Source: Trichoplax adhaerens (Eukaryota > Animalia > Placozoa). Taken from it: DNA of 64,000 bases. Location of the stretch: positions 8,456,159-8,520,158 of the forward strand of contig NW_002060944.1 of NCBI RefSeq assembly GCF_000150275.1, written 5' to 3'. The notes beneath the pieces are model-generated. The model had not been told where the DNA came from and did no database searches. It worked only from the letters and a program-made list of their open reading frames with translations. Positions 37,201 to 51,783 of this stretch are shown here, in pieces; position 1 is the stretch's first letter; the number at the start of each line of letters is the position of its first letter. The position numbers and the translations under genes are program-made.

Positions 37201-40200
37201 ATCATTAGATCGATTAATTATTGTATGCCCCATCTATATATGCAGATATTAAAGTTAATGAAAATAATTTTCTATTATACAATAGATTTTTAACCAACGT
37301 TCGATCCTTTCCATTTCCAATAATATCTTCATGCGATTCTAGGGTTAAAGCTGAAATATATTTAGCATAACTACAATTCATGTCGCTTTGCATGATCTTA
37401 CTATTACATAAACAAATATGCTAATTAAAATTTATCATAGTATTTTGTTTAATATTGTCTAAAGATAAACAAAAATACATACATGAAGAAGATAAACTGG
37501 CTAGCTGTAATCATATTGTAAAATTACAATTAGATCGAATTCATAAATATCATCGCCAAAGCCGAAGAAGGATTGATGGTGTTTACTAAAAGTTCAATTT
37601 CATTTAGTATTCACTACTATTGTAATACTACTTGTTTCTTTTAAATCAACTGTTGTAGTATTTGTTATAATAAATTACTTTTTACAAACTATTACTGCTT
37701 GAGATTATTTTTTTACACATTTAATAATAAATAAGTTTACCTGTACCTACTCAATTTGAATAGTACGTTAGTAAAGACTGATCTTAATGAGAATTCTCTT
37801 TTACGAATAATTCAGTATTTTCTCTACATCACTAAGTTGTTTCAGATACTACAACCAACCTTATTTGGTTAATTGATCTCCTATTTTCTGAATGACTACG
37901 TTATCGTGCAATACCAGCAAGGACATGTTGACAGTGTAAATGATTCGAAATCTATAACTTAGTAAACTATGCACCAAGATTTTGGCGATAAGACCTCGAT
38001 TTATCCGATCATACTAATTAGACATAAATTACTGCAATCGTTTACTGCTCATAAGTTATTATTGATTGACAGCATCAATATCGATTGTAATATAATAGTT
38101 AAGTTCAAGGGTAATATACTATTATCATTATTATTTATGGCTATCAATTATTATTTTTTTAATTCGTTAATGATACCATTGGCATCTTATATCATTAATA
38201 GATTTGCTCTTTCAAACCTTTTTGAATTTATATTTACTAAAGAAAGAGTTGCTATTCTATCTTAATAAAATAGCTAAGAGATTTATTAGAATTTAAAATT
38301 TTAAATGCAAGTGGGAGGAGGCAAACGAAAAGTGAGAAAACACCTGCCGGTATTGACTAATTTTCATATTTGTTCATCCATCACGCTATCGATGGTATAA
38401 ATATGTAGAATCAATTGAAAAATAAATGAACCGTACCCTTAAATATAGTTAGTATTGAATTGAATTTGATTATTGTAAAGGTATCACGAATGATGATGTT
38501 GATGGTACCTTAATGGGAATGACGGATTAAATTTAACTATGCGATGATTGATCAATTATTAAAATACGTTGCTAATTTTGCATTTTTATGATTAAACTAA
38601 GATTACTACCACTATTATCATGAAAATGGTAGATGAGAAAAAATATTGAAAATTCATTATTATAAAGTTATCATAACAATACATAATAACGATTACCAAC
38701 TACAAAGCTAAAGTTAGGCCAGTTTTGTAATATAATTGCCTATAGGCAATATAATTTTGAATGATAACATTAAAATCACATTAATATGAAATTTAAAATT
38801 AAAAATTACTTATAATCATCAATATAATGATAAAAAATTATTTGCCAATTATAATCAAGGATTACAGTGAAATCAATGAAAAATGGTATCTTGCAAACGA
38901 TAGAAATTAGATTTATGCATTTAATTGAAAACATCGAAATTTATCTTCTGTAATTTCTTTGTTTATATTATAAACATCAGATGAACTTAAATTTAATTAA
39001 AAAATTGATTAAATAATTAATGATTCACAAATAGTTTCACTATTGTGCAAGATTTTTCAACTGGGGACTAATAATAAATAGCAGCAACCACGGCTAAGAT
39101 ATTGATAGCAATAATAAAAATAAATACGAGCAAAAGTATGATCAGATTGATATTTGAGATGATAGCCCTTATTTATTAGCTTGCAATAGGATAAAGCTAT
39201 CCATACAATTATATTGAGGACAGAGGCTATTTAAAATATTAGATCAAACGAGCGATGACAAAAATTATTGTACATATAATAACTTTAATCATGCATATCA
39301 CGCAGTAGTCGGATCAATGCATTATTTTTGTCTTGTTCATATAATATTCATTAAATCAATCGTTATCTTCGATAGAATTTACTAGATTGATAATGTAATT
39401 CAGCACGAGAACTGGTTACTACCAAATGACAGTTACAAGTACGTTCATGATATTTTCTGTATCATGTAGTAAATTATCGTTGTAAAATTAGTTTAGAACT
39501 TATTCCTTAATTATTAAGGGTAAAATATCTGAAGACCGTGACCAGAAATGCTCGAAGTAGCTATATTGGTCAGTGAATTATACCAATAGCAATTTATATT
39601 TTAAAATGAAAGACTAGATATAGCTAATATTGATACCGAATTTCAAACCATACTGTACAGTTTGTGTCATTATATTCGATGATGTTAATGGCATCATAGT
39701 TAATAACATACACCAATTTTGTGATGTAAGATTTTATGACACTACCATTTACTGGAGTGACAATTGATTTGATAGGAGTAATGCGACTGTATGTTATTGA
39801 CATGATTTTAATAATAAAAATAAAACTGATATTGGCTTCTTCAAATTATTTTATAAAAGATTCCATTTTATTAAGAGAAATTCTCTCACGCTTACACATT
39901 AAATACCTTTCACCATTATAAATGGAAAGAAAATTAAAACTCAGAACGTAAAATGTATGTCTTAGTACTGTACTTTATCAGAATTCTTAGTCATATTAAA
40001 TACTTGAAATATAATCTTATGCTAAAAAGGTCTTAATTATATCTTCAAATGTCTTTATGAAGGAAAAGTAATTCTATAGATAATATTAGATACTAATAAA
40101 TTTAATACGGTAACTATACGACGTTAATATTTATTTTGCTATGAATAAATATTAAGAAAAAGAGCATTAATGTCATTTTACCATTAACGTAATTTCACAA

Positions 40201-43200
40201 CATATGCAGTGTAGATTAATATAGAAAAATGTATTAATTTAATAGTGCAGAAGTAATTTTAAATCTAACTTTACTTTTTAAATGCAATCTAATTAGCTGA
40301 TTGGAAACAGTCATCCCTTATTGTATAATTTTTATAAGTCTTTAGTTGCCTTCCAAAGAAATAGTAAATAAGCTAGCCTTTATTAGTAAAGTAGTAGATT
40401 CTGTGTTAAAGGATATGTAATTATATAGATTTTTGATTAAAGTAGAAAGATGAAGTAACGTTATATTCAGTGTTAGCTTTAGGATAGCAATAAAAATGAT
40501 GTATCTAACACTTCCAATGAGTGATTGCAATGGTATAAAACTCATTTATCGTATGAAATCACGGTTAGATAAGCGTTACATAGAATTCATAACGTCATTA
40601 ATGAATCTAAGCTAGATTTAACTAATATATCATGTGAATAAATGGCGAACAACAATAAATAAATCAAGCGTTTAATTATTTCTCTAAGGATAACAATAGC
40701 TTGAATACTATGCAAATACAACAGTTAAAATGAAATCTAAACCGAAATACAGTGTAAGTAGTATTTTAATTATATTTCCTTCGACAGTCTACTCTTTCAT
40801 CTGCTATTTGCATTCAATTCAAGCTAAAATTTAAAATTTTACTGCTAGTGCCGTACGTCAATTAGATAAGCTACAGAACAATTCTGTTTTTAAAGTTGTT
40901 TAAATAAACTAAGTTTTACTTAACTTGCTATAAGCTGATCTTTAGTAGCAGCAGATCGAGAAAAACCAAAAGCAGGCTACGTTATTGTCAGTAGAGTATA
41001 GTATATGGAATATATGAATGTCAATGAAACGAGATAATGGCCCTAAAAATTATTAAGGCGCAATCATAAAATCGTAATCTGCAATAAGCTGTTGCTTGGA
41101 AAAGCTTTCTGACTGCATTGTATACATACTCTTATTTCACGTGAAAACTACCGTAGGATTAGTTGACGTACTTAGTACACTGAATTGCATACGAATTTCT
41201 ATTTAATGAATTGATTGTTACTAATGTCTATTAATTCTAATATTAACGTTTTCTTGAATATTTTAATATTTCAAGTTAATTTACTATAAAGCTGACACAT
41301 TAAATATTATTCATTACATTCATATTAGCGTAGCTAGATATACGGGTACTTCTGGTCAAACTACTGATTCTAGCAATTTATTAACGGGTCTACTAATTTA
41401 ATAATCAACTTGTATTAGCAAATTATGCAATCATTATGCATACTATTACTGAATTAAGTGAACTTTTTGATCAACCTTTCAAAGGATGCTGTTGATAATA
41501 ATTAGACGCTTTAAAAAACAACTATTATGATAGCCAAGTTTGAGTGAGGAGATAAATGCTTACGGAATAGCTACCTTAAACGTAATACGGTTTAGAATGT
41601 ATCCTAGTTATTATCTTATATTGTACAATGATCGCATGAAATTATCAAGTTTTTGCTTATTTATGATCGCAGTAGAGTTTTAAGAATGAATAATACGCCA
41701 CCGATCATATTCTCCTGAAATTAAAATTACTACTGTAATATTTCGGTAATCACTAATTGATAATGATGATGCTTGTTATCAATTTATTACAAAAATTGTA
41801 GTACTAGTTTGCTTTATAATTGTTGCCGTATGTACCACTACAGCTGACTAGGAGACGAAAATAATGGTTGACAACGCTTAGCAAAATAAGCAATCGCCTG
41901 TATTAATCATGTCTCAATAAGACAAAAAATGCTAAATGAAGTATAATTTAATATTGAATATCATTGCATTTTTTACGTTTGTTCAACGTGATATCTGAAT
42001 TGCGAGATGCGACTGCATTTTCGCTAACCAATTCCCGTATACTCAGACCGTGCGTTGTTATTATACATTAACACAAGTCCGAGCGATGTAGGGTACTTTA
42101 AATGCCAGGAACTTAACCAAAGCATAACGCTGTAAATAACAGTCCGTCAAATCTGCTTCCAGTTACAATGACACAACTTCTCCGACAATTGACATATAGC
42201 CTAGTAGTCATTCAATATATTATATTTATTTACAATTAAATTACGTATGGTAATTCATCAATAACTGTTGAATTTACAAATATTATACCTACTGTATAAC
42301 TAGTTGTCAACCCAGATAACTAACGAATCTTGTACGCTCATATATAATTGTGACAAAACATACCAAAGATTTTTCTGTGTTTTTCTTTTATCTTGAACTA
42401 CGTTATTTATCAGAGTCAGTTCTCTGTGACAATCGTAAATCTTTCTCCTGGAGTTTCCATAATAGAAATAACATAGACCGTCTCCTTATACGTAAACGAT
42501 AAATTATCAAACTCTCTTTATTACTTTGTACACTAAGTTTAAATACTATTTACATGTCATTATGCAACATTACTCGAACAAACCATAGAACAACAATCGT
42601 CACATCATCGTAGGCTGAAAGTAAATTACTCTATCTAAGTGCAGAATCTACTGTTACTACGGAGAACTAATTAATGCACATATTATATTATGAGCCTGTA
42701 CTGCAATATCCCTTGAATAGGAGGTATTGATTGATCTATCTCTACAATTCTGCATCACCCATGCAATCTAAATATGGTAAAACGCAAGGTTGCAGTTATT
42801 TCCAGCGTAAGTACAATAATCCATGTTTTCTATTTATAAAGAGTAGAGTACATATGCGGGTGCATAGCCCTGATAACAAGCCATCTACTATATTAAAAGT
42901 CAATACAATAAATTGATACTTTACGGTGATCTAACACCTTGGCGATAATATTTTGGACGTGCAATTTAGCCATTTAAGTCTAAAGAACAAACCATTCTCT
43001 ATCTTTTGTTACATTCAGGTTGTTGTGTTATGTATCTCGAAATTTGAGGTGCCCATCTCCTCATCTTATTGCCGTGCAAGTCTTGTAAATGACGATTAAG
43101 AATCAGTAAATGTTTTTGTTGCGTATTTTCACAATTTGAGACTCAACAGAACGATAAAGTGCAGAAATAGTCATTATTAACAATGGGAATAAATGATGAT

Positions 43201-44644
43201 GTCGAGGATAGGGATATTCCACATCACTGATGACGAATGATTTTATTCTACAGGTATCAACTGCTTGTGCTGCCTTGACGTAGACTTTATGCAGGAAAAA
43301 CTGATCAACCTGTCAATGCAGGAAAATAGAAAAGTGTAAGCAGATCAGGAGACAACAGACACTCTTAGCAATAGGTCATAAAAAGGAAATAGAAATCAAC
43401 TCAGGCCCAGGAGGTAGAATAATATACTCGCATCTTTGTCGGTAGTTGTGGGGGTAAATAGTTCATACTCCATAAGGAACAGATTGAGGAGGAGAATATT
43501 ACAAGAGAATGATTTCTTGAGCGCATACCGGCACAAGATAGGATGAGAATGAAGGCGGCAGAACATATTAAATACTCACAGTAAAGTAGAAGGTAGTGCA
43601 ATTTTCGATCAATACATAGGTAACCTCGCATTTTACCAACAATTTACGATGTATAACCTATGAGCATAAATCGATCAGTTTTATTTATTCTACAGTATGA
43701 TGATAACTAATTTATTACGGGGAGAATTAATATTTTTACTTTCTATTATTTTCCCTAAAGTATATTTCCATTCGATATCTAATATACGCGTATGCGCGTG
43801 ATCTACGGCATACCGAAATTCTGCGCCCCTGTACTTTACCGTTTAATCGATATACTGTAGTACAGCAAATTATAACGTGAAATCGTGATCGGACCAGTGA
43901 GTGTAAATGATTATAGCACTACAGGAAATCAGTTTCAACGACATTTAATTCTATTACAGATTCGTAGTAAGAAGTTGGTACGCGTATTTCACAAAGTTGT
44001 TCGCCCTGATATCACATTAAGAGTACAGTATATTCGTACACGCATCCTGTTGTAGCGTTGCTGTGAAACCCTAACCCTAACAACATATGCGTATATCATG
44101 CATAGTCATGTTGTGGAGTTACACAGTAACATGTTGTTTCTTGTAGCTAAACGGTATAATATTCGTATCACCAGGGACTCCTTGTTTATTTTTATTTTTC
44201 CCTGCAATCGAGAAGTCCCAGATATTTCCATATTAAAAAATGATTCATGCACTGCTTCTACTCTATCTGTAAATCTGTGGATTTACCAAGGTACTGTTTA
44301 TTGGCCATTCTGTAAAATGAAGGTTATCTCTTTTTAGAGTAATCAGCTTTACCCTTAGATCATAGCGTGCGAATAAGGCATCCCATACTGTATTCTAATA
44401 TATTAATTATAGTCGATAACTTACACAGAAGCTCAGAGATAGAATTCAATACGCAACCATTTCCCCGCTGGTGATACTTTGCTTGAAATTACACTTATAA
44501 ATTGATACCTATGCCACTAAACTTCAGCCTAATAAGTAAAAAGCATCTTGTACGATATTACACTTTGATATAATTGGCTGTACTTCACCGCCGCTTATTA
44601 CTGTACTACACCTCGAAAATATAGTTGTCATCATTCTTGAAAGA

Positions 44645-44668
44645 GTTGCCGGCAACGGTGGCAACCCT
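44645..44668. promoter_or_regulatory. Candidate RFX X-box palindrome plus half-site
   Basis: GTTGCCGGCAAC (perfect palindrome fitting GTNRCC-N0-3-RGYAAC) followed by GGTGGCAACCCT. Confidence 0.3.
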
Positions 44669-46950
44669 ACTATATCTACTATCCTAGTAGATTTCTAGTT
44701 CGTTGTACTAGGCATACGCTACTTGTGATTTTTACTTTATTCATTCCGCGCAACATTAATACAGACGTGTATGTTGGAAGTTCCAACTACGGTACAGCAG
44801 TTAGATGTATAATAAAAAGTGTAATATGGCACAATATGGAAGTGTCTAGCTAACATTATGGAACATTTTGGACATTCTGGATCCCTGGTAGATAATGTAC
44901 AGTGTCATGAACTACTAGAAAGAAGAGAAAGGCAATAGACATCGTGTCGATCGTTGCCGATACAGGCGATGACCAAACTGATTTTTCTGCAGGTCATTTC
45001 AAGCTTCCACCATGCTCCGAATTAGCTGCCAGATTGATTTTATACAGTTACAGCTGTAGTGTATTGTAAAATGAATGATAAAAAAAGATCGGTCTCCTCA
45101 TCTTTTGTAGCTTTCGTCTAGTCTTGGTCCTGGATGTCCCAGATGAAAACAATAATATTGTATATTGGACTGTGCTGTACCATGAACTACTAAAATACAG
45201 CTGCATCTAGTAGTCCTTGAGTGGAATGCATTACTGTCTGCGCTATTGACATTTGATTGTTTCCACTCTATTCAATATACCGTAGATAAATGTTGCAACT
45301 AAATGGGCCAAAAGTATCGATACAATGTCGATTTCGTCAATCGAACACGAATCTAACCGAAGTCTTCCGATAGTAAATAAAATAACATAACCAGCAAAAT
45401 GGCGTATACTCACTATAGTGTGTAATAGGGTCGATGGGAGCATGTCCGTCCGTCTCTTTTCTTTCTGGACAAGTTGCCTACAGTACTGTAGTGGATCGTT
45501 ACGGTCCAAGTGTACTGCAGCGTCTAAAGTACGTACTGTATCTCAGCTACACCTGACCAGACGGACAGGACATTTTAAGAGATTTTCTTCTCTTTTAATT
45601 ATTAATATGGCTTTATAACGTGCTGCTGGCTCAATGGACGGCGGTTATTGTTGCAAATCGTCAAGGGTAAATCTTGCCCTTGACAATACTTGTGAAATAA
45701 TCACAATATAAATTAGCCAAAAATAAATGCTACATAACTGAACAGAACCTGTCTGGCTTACAGGCGTTTACTGAGCAGTAGTATGCAGTAAATGAAGCAT
45801 AGAAAACTGGTTGATATTGGAGATGAACTCTGTGGGAAAAGGGGAGAAATCATCTCATAGCTCGACGTGAAACTTTATTGCAATTTTTTTTCTAATTACC
45901 AGATTAGAGTAAATCCACGTTTGATACAATAGAATAGATGGCATGCCAATGTTGATCAAATCCCAACTTAGAAAGTAGTTATAGTGATCTAAAAATTCAG
46001 TATGGGATTTGTATCAAAATACTGTAGGAGCCGTCGTAGATCACGAGTTTGGGTGGGGGGTTAGGATACGGTGAAACAGAGACTACTTTGGTATAAAGAT
46101 GCTGCTGAAAAATTTCATTCATTCCACTTTAATTAAATATATATATATATATATCGATATAATTACTGAATTAGGCAGATAGTTGATACGCTAAGGGCCC
46201 ATAGGATGAAGATATTTTACTTTATCATACAGTGAACTAGTGATACAGTACTGCCAATCATATTATTATCATTGCTTTAACTTTTGTAGGAAAAACAAGA
46301 AGCAATTCAGCGAATGGATATTTGCCCTACTGGGGAGAGAAAACTTTTAATGTCGTAGAAATCCCTCCCCCACCACATCACACACATTTAACAATGGTCT
46401 AGAATTTATATTACCGTCTGTAGATAGTTGCATCATGCAAAGTAGTCTACAGCAAATGGACAAATAAGGACCTTTCATACAGCTATATTTTTGATGACAG
46501 TCCTTGTTTCCTTCGGATTCGGATGCATTTAATACGTGTATTAGAAAATTGATCATGTTGTAGGTATACGCGTATACTGTAAATGTTCAATTATTTTGTA
46601 GGTATATCTATTTATCTATATTGTTGACAGAAAAGGAGACTTGAATATAATGTGCAGATGTCTTTATTTTTAATATTTTACTTCTATTATTTAGTAATTC
46701 AATAACTTTCTACGTGATGGCCATTAATAGTACAATTGCTATTACTATCAATTGGGGATGAATGGAAATGGCATGACTACTATACTATCCCTTGACTTAC
46801 GGTATACATAAACTCGGTTGAAAACTTCGATATAAAAAGATAATAATAATAATACTAATAACATAAAACACACCTAAATAAGAGTAAATAATAAAATGTT
46901 ACTATTATCCATCTGCAATTTTGTCCTTTCCAAATTAGAATCAAAAAAAG

Positions 46951-46994
46951 GTTGAAAATACCACGGCTTTACGTTGAAAATACCACGGCTTTAC
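46951..46994. repeat. 22-bp perfect tandem duplication
   Basis: gttgaaaataccacggctttac twice. Confidence 0.9.
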
Positions 46995-49900
46995 CATGCC
47001 GAATAACGATGAAAAAAAAAGAAAAAAGGAAACTACCCCTAAAGATCAATTTATAAATTCAAGTTTTATGCTGCAACGTTGAATCTTGAGATAAATTAAA
47101 AGTCTTTTGTCATAATTTAGTAGCGCTTGAACTGGCGATATACTATGCTATATACTCTATCAAGATACACTATCCCAACATTTTATATACATTAATAATA
47201 TTATAATAATAAAACATAGGTTAAGTTTTGTTTCTCTATCTTTTCTATGTGTACATTTGCAACATACTATGGTGACTAACTTTTAAACCTCTTAAGACAA
47301 TCACCGAATACCTCACCTAGGGTTTAGGTAGTGCCTCTCATAGGCACTTATACATTCAATCTCTAGTAAACGTTACTTAGTTGTACTATTCCATTATGAT
47401 AACCCTATCTAATACTACGAAGGAGGAGAAATAAATGCTTCAAAATCGAGCAGTGCTGTTGCAAATTACAAGTTATTTAAAAGCTACTATTCTAATTTTG
47501 CACAACTTTTGAAATAAAGTATAACGACGACGATGACGAGAATAATTAGCTGACAAATTAAAATGTCAACTTTTTATTCATTTATCAAGCATTCTTTACT
47601 TTCACATTTGCAAAACTGCTCATTATCATTATGATGCATGCACACCTTATGTATAATGTAGTAGAATATCTTTCTTATGCCAAATACATCGATATCAAAC
47701 TGAAGAAATAGACCAATAATTAATACGCCGTCAAATAATCATTATAATAATAATGATGATAATAACAACAACAACATGAAGTCGTCCACTTAAATATGGC
47801 AAGAACATCAAGCAATTATTGAGAATATGGAATCGTAGCGTTGTAATACAACTATAGATAAGTTGGATCAAAATAAAAAAAAGATGTCATTATTTTAGTC
47901 AAATTTCATTTTATAATATTGGCATGTTATCGTCTAATTGAGCCAGTCAAGAAATTAAGGACAGAAAATGCGATATTACACCAAATATTGTTTCTTATAT
48001 TGTCTCTTAGGAGCTTTTTGTCTGGATTGTAAAAGAGAAACCAATAAGATGGAATATTAAAAATGGATCTGAATCAAGCTGTCAACAAAGATGATTATAA
48101 ATCTATTGTTTGTAGGAATATTGTTTTCTTGGCCAATACTGATGTTTTAAAATCGGTTTTGTCTCCATCCAATAATAAATTATGATGTAGATGATGATTG
48201 TCATTCTGATTTCAAGTTTTTTAGTATTGGTATGATAATACTGTATCGACTAGATTACTATTACCTATAGCTTTCGATGAATAAACAGTCAACTTCAACG
48301 TAATATGCTTACTATATTCGGCATAATACAATTCCCAATTATACAGTATTAATGTGCAGTAGTTATTAGCTCTCTCTATCGACAACATTTTTAACTGATT
48401 CTACTGTTGGATAATAAACAATTGGCATCGTATTATGATTGATTTCAAAATCGAATGACGATTGTGGAGTAAAGCGCGTGTTCAATTCTATCTGTGTTTA
48501 TATGGTTTGGGGGAAAAAAAATCAGCCAATTGAATCGTTGATCGACTTCTCTCTTATTCTTTCGCTCTTTATTACTTTATCAAGATAGAAAATTTCATCT
48601 TTTAGGTAGTCTGAGCTACCATCGAAAGCAATCTACCTTAGCGTCGGAAAATAAGGTAAACTTTTGTAAATTAGATAGTTTATCTCTAATGTTCAACTTT
48701 TTTTCCGGGATCCTACATCCAGCCAATACTATTTTTTTTTAATCGAGAGAAGCGAAAGGCTAAGTTGTTAGTGTTATAACAGTACTTCATTACGGTAGAA
48801 TATTCAATTTTTTATACTTACCAATACATACTTCAATCTTCTACAGTGCTTTTTTTCTCTTGCGATTTTTTTATTTATTAAGCTATAGCATTTTATGATG
48901 CTATAAGGTCCTTATCCTTTTTTCTCCATTTACCAATCTAAATATGATCTTCCTAAATACGATTCTATGCCATGCCATTATCCTCGCCCTAATGATACTG
49001 CTTATCATTTGAAATTTAATTCCATTCCCTTCCTTTTTAGCTTTTCGTCCGTCTTTCTATGACAATAAATGCAAATGACAATTTTATCTCACTTTAGATT
49101 TGGCCTACGATATCATCTCTACCAATACACGTTCTCCTTGCAATAAAATATTCTTCAATCTTGTAAACTGTACTGTAGTAAAATAGAAGATCTTCGCATT
49201 CTTCTACAGTATAAACCATTTTATTTTCTCTCTTTAAATTTTTCATCTGTATTCATTTTTTACCGCTTAGGTCTATCGATAATACTAGCACTACTAAGCA
49301 TCATCATTTCTACGTACTATATTATTATGGTAGATAAAAATAATAATCAAGTCCACCCGATCCTCATCCTTTACTTTCACAAACTGTTTCTGTCTTAACA
49401 GATTTTCTTCCATTCATTACTGTTTGCTATTATAACGTCGCTAATTTAAAGAATGCGGACAAGAAATAGTTTACCCATCCATTCAATCTTTCTATGCGGA
49501 TTTCTCAGTTTCCGTTAATATTTGTCGGCGTGTATACCACCTAAATGCAGGCGTACTGTCCAAAGTATAAGATATGTCATGGTGATTAAATTATTTAAAT
49601 AACTAAAATTCCATACTACAATACATTATGACTATGGACGATTCCACTCTTATCCATTTATAAAATAAATTTTAGAAAACTTTTCTATGATATCATTTAC
49701 AGGCAGAGTTGTAGCTAATAGAAAGGGTTTAAAGATGAGCGTTAATTTCTCCATTAAACCATATTATAGAAGATATCAAGATTGCTGTATCAGATACTTT
49801 TCAACTGTATTGAACAGTTAATCTTCTCCTGGTTGCAATAGTATTTAATCTCATGTGCGCTATATGCACTAGCTTTAAGCTAATTTACTAATTCATTAAA

Positions 49901-51783
49901 AATCATTAAAATCAAGACAAACTTTAGGGTAGGAAAAGTTAAAACAGAGCAAATTTTCCTTCAGTAACGTCGCTACTCAATAGGGCGAAGCTAAATAGTA
50001 CTGAACATCACTCGACAATATACTTCTACCTTCTAACCAATTTCTTGCTGTAATAGTTATATTCTGTATATCTGTTAATTTAATATTTTACACAAAATTT
50101 CTTACCTAACCGTGTGATAAAACTTAGGCGTATTCATCGTGACTGAATTTTGAGGTTTTACCCTGTTATAATTATATAGACCATCAACTCGATATTATAA
50201 GCAAACATTACTACTGCGGTAAAATGTGCCGATAAAACTGCACGAATGCCCTTACTCTATTCCCAATAAAAATCTGACCAATTTTATTTCTAAAGTTGAA
50301 ACATTACTGGGCTTCGATTGAACAATGCCATTACAGTAGATCTTCTTTACTGGCATTTAGCATGTTCTACCATACATTAATGCAACTTTTGTTCTCTAAA
50401 GATCAAACAGTGTTTTATTGTATAATGATAGTTGGACATTTTTTTGATCAGCAATGAACGCTATATGTAATTCAAACTCATTCTCAACGTTCTAATGGTT
50501 AAAATTTCGTAGTTAGATTACTTGTACAAGCTAAGCTGTTATTTTATACCTTTCACATGATAATAAAATAATGGGCACACCTAATTTTTTATCACCCATT
50601 GAAGAAATGACTGATGCTATGTAATTCCAAATCCAATGTTCTCCTTCAGTGTTAAAATTGGTAACTAGCCTTGAGTTAGCTTCTAATGTTACATCTTTTA
50701 TTAAATTCTATCTGGTTGTTTTTCCTTACTTTAGCTACTTGCTACTAAGATTAGAAATTAACGTTAAACGACCAGGGTTTTAAAACTTAACGACTCAAAG
50801 AAATTCATCGCCAATCAACTATTAGTACGGTAAAAAATATAGCTACCTTATTTTGACTCTTTTGGCCTGTCTACACGTAATGTACCGAGGCGATTTGGAA
50901 CTCTACGATCAAGACGTTCCATTCTATCATAATCAGGTATATTGGAATACATATCAATTTCATCTTTCTCTTCTGTTGTATAAACTCTAGTACAGGCTCA
51001 TGATATCGTCTATTTTAGCATGAGTTTTTATCGTATTTCAGCTAGTTGATTATAATTCTCATATCAAAGGGCAATTTCAAAGCATTGCCACCATAGTTCA
51101 TTTTGATGCAAAAATATCGACATAGATATTCAATTTTAATCGTCTTATAATGATTCAACTTTGAACCTGATCAGTTAAGGGCAAAATAAAAGTATTCCGG
51201 ATAGCTTACGATTGAACCCTCTTTTCAATTCTATCGGAATTAGTCTTTTCATCACTTATATTGTGTAGCCGCTAACATACCACTTTCATTAAAACAAAAA
51301 TGGAATGTTAGGCAGTGTTAATGATTACAATATCGATTTTTGTAATTTTATTTTATGAGAGTCAACATATCAAGAAGCGAAAGCAGGTCTTGACGGTATA
51401 GTAAGAGTGAAAATGATATCAAACAACTGTACGAAAAGTCCTTTTTAACATTAACTTGATGAACAATTCTGAATTGATCAATAGCATAATTGATATTCTT
51501 TGATCATGCTGCAGTCATAATACTTGATTGAATCCAATAAGTCATTTATGGGCATGTTGATCCTTTCTTTGATGGTATATTACACTCACTATCGCGATGA
51601 CTGTCATGATAGGATAGAAATGTCTTGATATAATTTCTGTCCTTTGCTTAGTGCCTAAATATTACAATCTAATCGATGGCAGAAAATTAAAAAAAAACAT
51701 TTCCTCTATTAACTTCAATAGATACTGAATTGAAAATAAGAAACTTTCTTTTCTAAGGAGTATCTGCATTTTATCTGTCCTAG

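Noticed and set aside
44067-44081. Interstitial telomeric repeat (CCCTAA)2
   Set aside because: Only about 2.5 units; too short to support.
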